Position numbers and translations under genes: made by a program | Source of the DNA: Phycisphaerales bacterium UBA2396 | GTDB lineage: Bacteria > Planctomycetota > Phycisphaerae > Phycisphaerales > UBA1924 | Assembly (NCBI GenBank): GCA_002343325.1 | Contig: DDSG01000029.1 | Span: forward strand, 4,718-68,717 | Length of the DNA: 64,000 nucleotides | Reading direction: 5' to 3' | The notes under the pieces: model-generated | Databases searched by the model: none | The model's input: the letters and a program-made list of their open reading frames with translations, nothing else | What the model was told of the DNA's origin: nothing | Shown here: piece by piece, positions 1 through 19,465 of the stretch | Layout of the letters: each line of letters starts with the position of its first letter | Numbering within the stretch: position 1 is the first letter of the stretch

Positions 1-195
1 CCAAAGCGAGCACGGGCCGATCCGCGGCGATGAGGCCCAAATCGGTCACGCCGACAAGCGTGGCAAAGGCCGGCCCCGCCCGAGCGGCCTCGCCACCCAT
101 CGCCGCGGCGACGCCGAAGCCCACGACCCCAGCGAAGCCCCCACAAAAGAGTGGATCCTTGTCATCGAAGCCGAAGCCTGTGGCGGGTCGATAAT
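1..195 (-). CDS. hypothetical hydrophobic protein, N-terminal fragment; gene runs off the window edge
   Basis: The reverse-strand frame from GTG 195..193 (or ATG 100..98) reads MHYRPATGFGFDDKDPLFCGGFAGVVGFGVAAAMGGEAARAGPAFATLVGVTDLGLIAADRPVLAL with no stop to position 1. It is hydrophobic and membrane-like. No family was recognised, and the start codon and even the frame are uncertain. Confidence 0.25.
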
Positions 196-224
196 GCACG
201 AGGGTTCGGGCGGGCGGGCCGGAC

Positions 225-1424
225 GTGTTTGCGTCCGTCCCGGGATGCCGTCGCGAGCGTGCCGTGTTTGTCGCCCAAGCCCACTCATTTTCTCAGCAGG
301 CCCGTCTGGCGATCACGCTGGCCTGGGTGGCGGGCTATACGAACATTCTGACAATTCTGACGTGCGGGCACGTGACGAGCCACGTGAGCGGGACGACCAG
401 CAACCTGGGGCGTGATGTCGTCGAGGCGTTGCGGGGCGCGGGGTCGACGTGGTCGCTGGTGACTTTCGGGTTCTTCCTGCTCGCCACGTTCATGCTCGGA
501 GCGTTCTTGTCGGGGTTGGCGACGGAGGTGGGCAGGCGTCGCAACTGGGAATCGGTGTATGTGCTGCCGATGGCGATGGAAGCGGTGCTGCTCGCCGGGT
601 TTGCGGTCGGGGTCGAGGTGCAGGACCCCGAAGTGCCGGCGTGGACGTACGTGCTGACGGGGCTGGCGTCGGCGGCGATGGGGCTTCAGAACGCGACGAT
701 CACGCGTATCAGCGCGGGGGTGGTGCGCACGACGCACGTCACCGGGGTGCTGACGGATCTGGGGGCCGAGGCGGCGCAGTTTGCGATGGCGGCGTGGGAC
801 GCGGCCCGGAAGCCCTCGATGGGCACATTGTGGGAACTTCGGCGGCACGTGTCGGTGCGTCGGCTCGCGCTGCTGGCGTCGATCATGGGGTCGTTCGCCA
901 TGGGGGCGGGGCTGGGGACCCTGGCGTTCGACACCATCCCGAGGCACGCCATGTTCCCGCCGGTGCTGTTCCTGTTGTGGATCATCGCGCAGGATCTTGC
1001 GCGGCCGATCGTGGAGATCGAATCGAGCGACCTGGTCGGCGATGCGTCCCTGCGGCTGCCGCCGGAGCTGGCGGTGTACCACCTCCGGCGGGACCGTGCG
1101 CGGGCGAAGGCGCCCCATCGGCTCCCGGACTTGGTCGGATGGGCGGAGCGGCTGCCGGCGCGGATCCGGCTGGTTGTGCTCGATCTCACGGACGTGACGA
1201 TGCTCGATCAGGACTCGGCATCGGAGCTGGTGGCGCTGGTGCGGCGGATGAACCAGACGGGTCGGCGGCTGCTGCTGGCGGGCGTGGATCGGGAGCAGTA
1301 CGCGGCGCTGAGCGGGGCCGGCGGGCCGCTGGACCCGATGGCGGCCTTCCCGGATCTGGAGATTGCCGTTGCGTTCGGGCTGTCATGGCTTGAGCACGAC
1401 CGATCGGGAGCGGGGCGGCACTGA
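225..1424 (+). CDS. DUF1275 (YoaK-family) membrane protein fused to a C-terminal STAS domain
   Basis: The N-terminal ~260 aa are multi-TM with YoaK-like motifs (LAWVAGYTNILT, HVSGTTSNLG). The C-terminal ~100 aa (RIRLVVLDLTDVTMLDQDSASELVALVRRMNQTGRRLLLAGVDREQYAALSG) have the SpoIIAA/STAS anti-sigma-antagonist pattern. Exact start codon uncertain. Confidence 0.7.
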   Translation: MFASVPGCRRERAVFVAQAHSFSQQARLAITLAWVAGYTNILTILTCGHVTSHVSGTTSNLGRDVVEALRGAGSTWSLVTFGFFLLATFMLGAFLSGLATEVGRRRNWESVYVLPMAMEAVLLAGFAVGVEVQDPEVPAWTYVLTGLASAAMGLQNATITRISAGVVRTTHVTGVLTDLGAEAAQFAMAAWDAARKPSMGTLWELRRHVSVRRLALLASIMGSFAMGAGLGTLAFDTIPRHAMFPPVLFLLWIIAQDLARPIVEIESSDLVGDASLRLPPELAVYHLRRDRARAKAPHRLPDLVGWAERLPARIRLVVLDLTDVTMLDQDSASELVALVRRMNQTGRRLLLAGVDREQYAALSGAGGPLDPMAAFPDLEIAVAFGLSWLEHDRSGAGRH

Positions 1425-1558
1425 TTTTGTTGGTGCGTGGTGGAGTCGTCGTGCGTTGGGGACTATTCTGTCCCAGTTTGCGCCGAACGGGCGGGTCGTG
1501 GTGACGTAAACCCGCGCCGTCGCGCTTGCGTGCCGCACCTTCCTCGCCGGGGATTCCC

Positions 1559-5095
<3,537 letters not shown>

Positions 5096-5161
5096 GGAAG
5101 GTCGTCGGCTTCGAGAAATCCCCCAGTCTGACGCGCGGGTCCGGGCAACCTTCGGGCAGTC

Positions 5162-5190
5162 TTGACACGGGCTGCCGACGCGGTACGCTG
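5162..5190 (+). promoter_or_regulatory. sigma70-like promoter (-35 TTGACA, 16-17 nt spacer, -10 TACGCT) driving the riboswitch leader
   Basis: TTGACA at 5162-5167 and TACGCT at 5184-5189, immediately 5' of the riboswitch P1 region. Confidence 0.4.
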
Positions 5191-5191
5191 C

Positions 5192-5410
5192 GGGTGCCGA
5201 AGGTTCCCGGGGCGGAGTTCGCCGCCGGGATGAAAAGGGAAGCGTGGTGAGGCCGAGCATGGCCGATTCCACCGCGGACGCGCCGCCGTAACGGGTGTGG
5301 ACGCAACCCCACGAGGGCACTTCAGAGCGAAGTGCCGCACCACTGGGCACGCCACAGGGCGAGCCTGGGAAGGTGGGGGTTGCCGAGCCCGGAGCCGGAA
5401 GACCTGCCTG
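5192..5410 (+). promoter_or_regulatory. cobalamin (adenosylcobalamin/B12) riboswitch
   Basis: GGUGCC start. GAAAAGGGAAGCGUGGUGAG, GACGCGCCGCCGUAACGG and CCACUG...GGGAAGGUG elements and the B12 box GCCGGAAGACCUGCC are all present. Order and spacing closely parallel the E. coli btuB leader. Confidence 0.85.
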
Positions 5411-5634
5411 ACGCCGCGCGTGCCGGAGCACGCGTCGAGCCGAGCGGCCCTCGCGATCTGGCACCCCGTGGTGCCGGAAAGGGGCAGTCGGGCAGCGGTG
5501 CCGGTTCCCCTCGGCACGCGCACCCACTCCACCCCGATTCCCGATTGGCCCCGGCGTACCGGTCAGGGGCCTGCCTGCGCGCGAGCGGGCACGGAACGTC
5601 GGTCGCGTGCGCGCGCCCGAGGATTGGTTTGGTC

Positions 5635-6408
5635 ATGCTTCGAATCGCTGTCGTGGTTTCTTTGGGCCTGGCTGGCTCGACGCTTGGGGCGGATCCGTTT
5701 GCCGACCGAGTTGTCTCGTATGTTGCGGGCGAAGGCGTCGCTGCGGGGTACGACGACCCCACGACCGCCATCGGCTCGCCCACACGCGTCAACTACTTCG
5801 GCGACACCGTCACCCCCTTCAACACGCCTTACTGGAGCACCGACGTGGTCAGCGTCGGCCGCGGCGGCTCGCTCGTCGTCGCCTTCGACGAAGCGATCCT
5901 CGACAACCCCCTCAATCCCTTCGGCATCGACCTGCTCGTTTTCGGCAACCAGTTCTTCATCACCGACTCCAACGGCCGGCTCACCGGGCTCTTCGACGAG
6001 GGCGGCCAGATCGAGCTGTCGGCCGATGGCAACACCTGGATCGCCGTCACCGGGCTCACCGCCGAGGGTGGATTCCCCACGCTCGGCTTCGTCGGCATCA
6101 CCGATCTGCAGTTCGGCAGCGACCAGGGCACAGGGCCCACCGACTTCACCAAGCCCGTCAACCCGCAGCTCAACTGGATCGGCATGACCAGAGAAGAACT
6201 CGCGGCGGCCTACGACGGCTCAGGCGGCGGTCTCGGGATCGACATCGGTGCGTACGGGCTCGGCAGTGTGAGCTATGTGCGCATCTCCAACGCGATCGAC
6301 GCGGTCGGCATCCCGGAGATCGACGGCTTCGCCGCCGTCACCCCAGTGCCGGCACCCGCGGCGATCCTCCCCTTGGCGGCGTGGTTCATGCGCCGCCGTT
6401 CTCGATAG
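5635..6408 (+). CDS. secreted protein with PEP-CTERM-type C-terminal sorting signal (riboswitch-controlled)
   Basis: Signal peptide MLRIAVVVSLGLAGSTLGA. C-terminus TPVPAPAAILPLAAWFMRRRSR (VPAP motif, TM helix, Arg cluster). No recognisable catalytic domain. Start chosen at the internal Met of the 5332 ORF, since the upstream part overlaps the riboswitch. Confidence 0.75.
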   Translation: MLRIAVVVSLGLAGSTLGADPFADRVVSYVAGEGVAAGYDDPTTAIGSPTRVNYFGDTVTPFNTPYWSTDVVSVGRGGSLVVAFDEAILDNPLNPFGIDLLVFGNQFFITDSNGRLTGLFDEGGQIELSADGNTWIAVTGLTAEGGFPTLGFVGITDLQFGSDQGTGPTDFTKPVNPQLNWIGMTREELAAAYDGSGGGLGIDIGAYGLGSVSYVRISNAIDAVGIPEIDGFAAVTPVPAPAAILPLAAWFMRRRSR

Positions 6409-6600
6409 CCGCTTCGACGCGGGCTGTTCGTGCTCGTGCCCATGGCGCGGGGAGAGGTGCGGCGGGTCGTGGTCGCCCTGCTGGTTGGAGAGAGACGTCC
6501 AACGGCACAGAACCAGACGACGCCGCCCTCCCCCTTCGCGGGGAATTGACCGAGAGATTGACGAGGGGTGTTTGCCCCATCCGTTCGGAAGGAAGAAGCG

Positions 6601-6855
6601 ATGCCCGTGACCCGTTGCGTGTGCAAGGAAGTGCCGCTGGAACATGTCGCGAGAGAAGCACGCGCAATGCGTGCGCGGGGTTTGCCTGTGTCGCTCGCCG
6701 AACTCTGCGATCGCACGCTCGCGGGCACGGGTTGTGGGACGTGCAGGCCCTATATAGCGCGAGCCGCGATCACGGGCGAATCGATCCAACCTGTGATGAG
6801 CCCAGCAGACAGCGAGGTCTGGATTCGTCGCCTGTCGGCCGTGGCACATGCATAA
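6601..6855 (+). CDS. BFD-like [2Fe-2S]-binding domain protein
   Basis: MPVTRCVCKEV...GTGCGTCRPYI gives the C-x-C...C-x2-C pattern of bacterioferritin-associated-ferredoxin-like domains. Good RBS GGAAGGAAG upstream of the ATG. Confidence 0.7.
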   Translation: MPVTRCVCKEVPLEHVAREARAMRARGLPVSLAELCDRTLAGTGCGTCRPYIARAAITGESIQPVMSPADSEVWIRRLSAVAHA

Positions 6856-6931
6856 ACGATCAACTACTCTGATATTCTCCTTCTAATGTTCGCTCTGGAT
6901 GTGAGCGCTTTCGTTCCGATATATTGGGTAC

Positions 6932-7255
6932 GTGCCCGGGGACCATGAACAACAGGCTGTGACGAAGTGCGTCTGCTTCGACGTGACGTTTGAGGCGTTG
7001 CGTTCGCTGTACTACTCGCTGCCCGAATCGCTGCGAACGATCGGCACGCTGCATTCGCGTACCGGCTGTGGCGGTCGGTGCGGACTGTGCGTGCCGTACA
7101 TCCAGGTGGCGATCCGCAGGCAAGTCGACACGCTGCCCGTGATGTGGACGGAGGACTTCCGATCCGAGGGCGTTCATCCCGGCGCGATCCGTCGGCTGGA
7201 AGAGACGATCAAGGAACTGATGGCGGAGTTGTCACAGCAGCCTCAGCCGCGGTGA
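6932..7255 (+). CDS. BFD-like [2Fe-2S]-binding domain protein (paralog of the preceding gene)
   Basis: VTKCVCFDV...RTGCGGRCGLCVPYI has the same cysteine pattern. GTG start, 77 bp after the previous gene. Confidence 0.65.
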   Translation: MPGDHEQQAVTKCVCFDVTFEALRSLYYSLPESLRTIGTLHSRTGCGGRCGLCVPYIQVAIRRQVDTLPVMWTEDFRSEGVHPGAIRRLEETIKELMAELSQQPQPR

Positions 7256-7307
7256 GCAGTTCGACTCTGATGCTGAGGCGGCCGGAGTGACCGGAACCAA
7301 AAAGAAA

Positions 7308-7337
7308 GCCGGCCCGCGCGAGAGAGCGCGGGCCGGC
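7308..7337. terminator. bidirectional rho-independent terminator between the BFD-like genes and rpoC
   Basis: Perfect GC hairpin GCCGGCCCGCGC-GAGAGAG-CGCGGGCCGGC, preceded by AAAAAGAAA and followed by GTGTGATTG, between convergent genes. Confidence 0.6.
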
Positions 7338-7357
7338 GTGTGATTGACTCGGGCCGA

Positions 7358-11692
<4,335 letters not shown>

Positions 11693-11782
11693 GGTTCGTT
11701 CCTTGCCTGCTCAGCCTGATCGGCCGGGTTCTCTGGGTTCGTTGGCGTCTGCTACCGGGGTCGTTTGATCGATGGGCAAGCC

Positions 11783-15628
<3,846 letters not shown>

Positions 15629-15904
15629 GCTTGCCCTCGCCAGAAACGATGCATGCCGCCGGCGGAGAGAACTCCGCCGCGGTCGATGCAAACCGTGTCG
15701 TCAGATCGTTCGAAGTGTCACGCCCGCTGCCGTACCGAGTCAGTGGTGCTTGCCCAGGATCGCCGCCGCTGATTCGTTCGCCTGCGGGTACGGAAGGCCG
15801 CCCCAATCGGCAGAACCCACCAGTCTAAGCACCCCCGCGAGCGGAATCGACAACAATTCTTGAACTTTTCGGCAAAGCACGTGCCACTTCGGACCGAGTC
15901 CCGC

Positions 15905-15952
15905 AGTTACCCAAACAAAAACAAACCGGGCCGACCCTTTCGGATCGGCCCG
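15905..15952 (-). terminator. rho-independent terminator downstream of the PEP-CTERM gene (minus strand)
   Basis: On the minus strand: CCGGGCCGATCCGAAAGGGTCGGCCCGG followed by TTTGTTTTTGTTTGG. Confidence 0.6.
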
Positions 15953-16006
15953 GCAGAATGCTAGCGTTGCTCACGAGATCAGGGTGTTGATCCCGCGAAG
16001 CGGTGC

Positions 16007-16687
16007 TCAGCGACGACGACGGCTGGCGACCAGACCGCCCAGACCCAGAAGGGCCAGAGCGCTCGGGGCCGGGACGACATCGCCCGACAGGGTGAAGGCC
16101 AGATCGGAGGGCCCGCCGAAGATGGCCGTACCAGCAGTCGGGTTCGTCCCGAAGCCGAAACCACCACCCGGGTTGTGGAAGAACGACTCGCTGCCGTTGG
16201 CGGTGGCCGCCTCGGCCCAGAACCACTGACCACCGCCGGTGAAGGGGCGGTCAACCCACGCCGCCAGCCAGTACGTGCCCGCGCCGAGCGTCACGCCGGT
16301 GAGGTCGAACTGGAGGTCCGAGCCGACCTGAACGCCAACGCCGGCAGCGTAGACCACGCCGGGCGTGTTGCTCGCCACGTCCACGATCGCGTAGCGGACC
16401 GCGGCATTAAAGCTGCCGTCGCCCGCCTCGACGCCGTAGACCGTCAGCGACGTCAGGTTGTACGCGGACGACAGGGTGAAATCATCGAAACCGAGCGTCG
16501 AGAAATCAGGGAAGTCGCCGAAGGCCTGCGAGACGCGGCCGATGCCCGTGCCGGCAGGCTGCTGATCGATGATCGTCGAACGCTGCGACGCGCCACCCGT
16601 GACCGCGCCCTGGCCGGACGTGGTGGGGTTGGCGACAGCGACGCCGGCGAGACCGGCCACGGAAACGAGAGCGAGCAAACGAGTCAT
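16007..16687 (-). CDS. secreted protein with PEP-CTERM-type sorting signal, inserted between rplL and rpoB
   Basis: Signal peptide MTRLLALVSVAGLAGVAVA. C-terminus GDVVPAPSALALLGLGGLVASRRRR. Gly/Thr/Ala-rich body with no known domain. Confidence 0.7.
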   Translation of the reverse strand: MTRLLALVSVAGLAGVAVANPTTSGQGAVTGGASQRSTIIDQQPAGTGIGRVSQAFGDFPDFSTLGFDDFTLSSAYNLTSLTVYGVEAGDGSFNAAVRYAIVDVASNTPGVVYAAGVGVQVGSDLQFDLTGVTLGAGTYWLAAWVDRPFTGGGQWFWAEAATANGSESFFHNPGGGFGFGTNPTAGTAIFGGPSDLAFTLSGDVVPAPSALALLGLGGLVASRRRR

Positions 16688-16809
16688 GTCTACCTCTCCT
16701 TCAAAGAGCGAACCCCACGCCACATGGCGGGGGCCAACAAACCTCATGCTCGAAGGAGTGGGCCGCGCAACGCGCGCGGGTCTTGTCCCTCTCTCCCTCG
16801 GGCTGTGTC

Positions 16810-16838
16810 AATCTATCCGACCCCTGAGAAGGTGTCAA
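16810..16838 (-). promoter_or_regulatory. sigma70-like promoter for the PEP-CTERM gene (-35 TTGACA, 17 nt spacer, -10 TAGATT, minus strand)
   Basis: Reverse complement reads cgcTTGACAccttctcaggggtcggaTAGATTgacac. A second TTGACA lies just downstream. Confidence 0.45.
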
Positions 16839-16929
16839 GCGATTCATGAAGTCCCCAGCAACTCCTCACCGCCGCTGCCAGCTCAATCCCACGAGCAAGC
16901 CGTTCTCGGACGACCGAAACGCCGCGGAA

Positions 16930-16962
16930 ATGAAAAAACCCCGGGATATCCCGGGGTTTTGT
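16930..16962. terminator. rho-independent terminator after rplL (bidirectional hairpin)
   Basis: AAAAAACCCCGGGATATCCCGGGGTTTTGTGTG: a perfect 7-bp GC stem flanked by an A-tract and a T-tract, 20 bp downstream of the rplL stop. Confidence 0.65.
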
Positions 16963-16983
16963 GTGCCTTGTTGGGGCAGAAAC

Positions 16984-17373
16984 TCAGGCGAGCTCGACGG
17001 TGGCGCCGGCCTCGGTGAGGGTCTTCTGGAGCTTCTCGGCCTCGGCCTTGTCGACGCCCTGCTTGACGGCCTTGCCCGGGGCGTCCACGAAGGCCTTCGC
17101 CTCCGCCAGACCCAGGCCCGTCGCCTCGCGGACGACCTTGATGACGCCGATCTTCTTGGCGGCGTCGACCGCCTTGAGGATCACGTCGAAGGAGGTCTTC
17201 TCCTCGGCCTTGGGAGCGGCAGCAGCAGCGGCCGCGACAACGACACCACCGCCCGCGGCGGCCTCGATGCCGTACTTGTCCTTCATGTACTTCCCGAGCT
17301 CGACCGCGTCCTTGAGGGACAGGCCGGCGAGTTTGTCACCCAGTTCAGCGATGTGCGTAGCAACGTCGGACAT
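16984..17373 (-). CDS. rplL: 50S ribosomal protein L7/L12
   Basis: [40 protein letters not shown]...[16 protein letters not shown]...ATVELA. Start at the internal Met (the longer ORF's N-terminal extension is not L12-like). Confidence 0.95.
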   Translation of the reverse strand: MSDVATHIAELGDKLAGLSLKDAVELGKYMKDKYGIEAAAGGGVVVAAAAAAAPKAEEKTSFDVILKAVDAAKKIGVIKVVREATGLGLAEAKAFVDAPGKAVKQGVDKAEAEKLQKTLTEAGATVELA

Positions 17374-17538
17374 GGAAACTTCCTTTCCTGCCGCGGAGGA
17401 TGCCCCCCGCGTCGAACACTCCTGAGAGGGGCCGAAACACTCGGCCTTTACCCCGGACACGCCGGGCCAGTCGGGAGCTGATCTGCTTGCAAACCAACCA
17501 CTGCGGATCGACCGACCCATCCGGATCGGCCGACCTGA

Positions 17539-18084
17539 TCAACCAACCTTCGCGATCGTCTCGCCCTTTTCGAGCTTCTGCTCGATGGCCTTGACGATCC
17601 CCGCGACGTTCGAGCCGGGGCCCTTGATCGCGCCCAGGAGCTTGCGCCCGGGGCTGATGACCAGGGTGACCGCCTGCCCGATCGCCTCGTCCCGCGTGGG
17701 GAACTTGGACAGCTCGGTCACGCCGGCCTTGCCGGAGTAGAGCGTCCCGTCGAGCACCGCGCCCTTGAGCTCAAGGGCGGGCATCTTCTCGACGAACTTG
17801 CAGACTTCGCGGGCGATCTCAACGACGGACTGACCGCCGTACGCCACCGCGCTGGATCCGCCCAGGAGCCCGGCGAGCGGGGAAAGCCCCGTCCCCTCGA
17901 ACACCTTGGCGGCAAGCGCGTTGCGGACGACCGTCACGCGGATCTTCTTCTTCGAGAGCTCGCTGCGCAGCTTGACCTGATCCTTGGACTTCAGCCCGCG
18001 GATCCCGATCAGCAGCCCGTCGCTGCTCTCGCCCAGGCGGGACTTGTAATCCCGCATCATGATGGACTTGATGGTCTTGGACAT
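17539..18084 (-). CDS. rplJ: 50S ribosomal protein L10
   Basis: MSKTIKSIMMRDYKSRLGES...KVFEGTGLSPLAGLLGGSSAVAYG, typical of L10. Confidence 0.95.
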   Translation of the reverse strand: MSKTIKSIMMRDYKSRLGESSDGLLIGIRGLKSKDQVKLRSELSKKKIRVTVVRNALAAKVFEGTGLSPLAGLLGGSSAVAYGGQSVVEIAREVCKFVEKMPALELKGAVLDGTLYSGKAGVTELSKFPTRDEAIGQAVTLVISPGRKLLGAIKGPGSNVAGIVKAIEQKLEKGETIAKVG

Positions 18085-18119
18085 GGTTCACCTCGCGGCG
18101 CCGAGCCGGCGCTTGTGCG

Positions 18120-18818
18120 TTACTCGGCAGCCACTGCGGACACGTACTTGATCTGAACACTCGGCGTCATCGCCCCGCTCACCACGACCTTCTTGATGTA
18201 CGTCCCCTTCACCGTCGAAGGACGAATCTTCTCGATGGCCTTGATGAAGTGCTCGATGTTCTCGGCGAGCGCCTCGGGGGCGAAGCTCATCTTCCCCACC
18301 ACCGCATGGACGTTCCCGCCCTTGTCGGTGCGGTACTCGACCTTGCCGGCCGCGTACTCCTTCACCGCCTCGGGGACGTTCGTCGACACTGTGCCGGCCT
18401 TGGGGCTGGGCATCAGGCCCTTGGGGCCCAGGACCTTACCCAGACGCGACACGATGCGCATCATGTCGGGCGACGCGACCGCAACGTCAAAGTCCATCCA
18501 GCCCTTCTCGATCTCCGCCACCAGCTCTTCGCCGCCGGCCTTGATCGCGCCCGCCGCCATCGCCTTGGGGGCGATGTCGCTCTGGCAGAAGGCCACCACG
18601 CGCTTCGTCTTGCCGATGCCCTTGGGCAGGCTGATCGAACCACGCAACGCCTGATCCGCCTGCGCCGGGTCAACGCCCAGGTGCATGCAGATGTTCACGG
18701 TCTGATCGAACTTGGGCGCCTTGAACTTCTTCAGCGCCTGCACCGCTTCCGAGGCCGGCAGAGACTGAGCCGGGACCAGGGCCGCGTTCGCCTTTGCTCG
18801 CTTGTTGATTCGCGACAT
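18120..18818 (-). CDS. rplA: 50S ribosomal protein L1
   Basis: MSRINKRAKANAALV...KFDQTVNICMHLGVDP...KGIGKTKRVVAF...GKMSF. Confidence 0.95.
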   Translation of the reverse strand: MSRINKRAKANAALVPAQSLPASEAVQALKKFKAPKFDQTVNICMHLGVDPAQADQALRGSISLPKGIGKTKRVVAFCQSDIAPKAMAAGAIKAGGEELVAEIEKGWMDFDVAVASPDMMRIVSRLGKVLGPKGLMPSPKAGTVSTNVPEAVKEYAAGKVEYRTDKGGNVHAVVGKMSFAPEALAENIEHFIKAIEKIRPSTVKGTYIKKVVVSGAMTPSVQIKYVSAVAAE

Positions 18819-18822
18819 GGGT

Positions 18823-19254
18823 TCAGCCCTCCACCACGGTAATGCCCATCGAACGGGCCGTGCCCTCGATGATGCGGATGGCCGCCTCGGGTGACCCGGC
18901 GTTCAGGTCCGCCGCCTTCACGTCGGCGATCTTCTTGCACTGGCTCTTGGTGATCTTCCCGACCTTGTTCTTGTTCGGGACGCCCGAGCCCTTCTCGACG
19001 CCCGCCGCTTCCTTGATCAGGACGCTCGCCGGGCTCGACTTGATCTCAAGCTCGAAGCTCTTGTCGCTGTACAGCGTGACCAACGCCACAACGATCTTGC
19101 CCTTAAAGGCCTGCGTCGCCGCGTTGAACTTCTGCGTGAACTGCCCGGGGTTGACACCCTTGGAGCCCAGCACGGGACCCAGAGGCGGTGCAGGCGTCGC
19201 CTGCCCACCGGGCGCCATCACCTTGAAAACGTTGATGACTTCTTTCTTGGCCAT
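18823..19254 (-). CDS. rplK: 50S ribosomal protein L11
   Basis: MAKKEVINVFKVMAPGGQATPAPPLGPVLGSKGVNPGQF...KITKSQCKKIAD. Start at the internal Met. Confidence 0.95.
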   Translation of the reverse strand: MAKKEVINVFKVMAPGGQATPAPPLGPVLGSKGVNPGQFTQKFNAATQAFKGKIVVALVTLYSDKSFELEIKSSPASVLIKEAAGVEKGSGVPNKNKVGKITKSQCKKIADVKAADLNAGSPEAAIRIIEGTARSMGITVVEG

Positions 19255-19465
19255 TGTCCTCACCTCCCACCGGCCGTGGAACGGGATTGCCCGGTCCAAC
19301 CGCGGCCCCTGGCTTCGAGGGCCGCCGGCTCGGTGGTTCTGACGGTTCCACCCTGATTGTCACCCCGGGCACGCGCCCGAAGAGAGGGGCCTCAACACTA
19401 GCCCTCCACCCCTCGGCAAACAACCCTCCCACTCTGTTCTGACACCCACATCCCCCTCCCACGCC

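Noticed and set aside
15629-15904. Candidate rpoB promoter in the lower-GC patch 15841-15900
   Set aside because: Neither strand gives a convincing -35/-10 pair. Reported only as a region where an rpoB-proximal promoter must lie if the upstream terminator is efficient.
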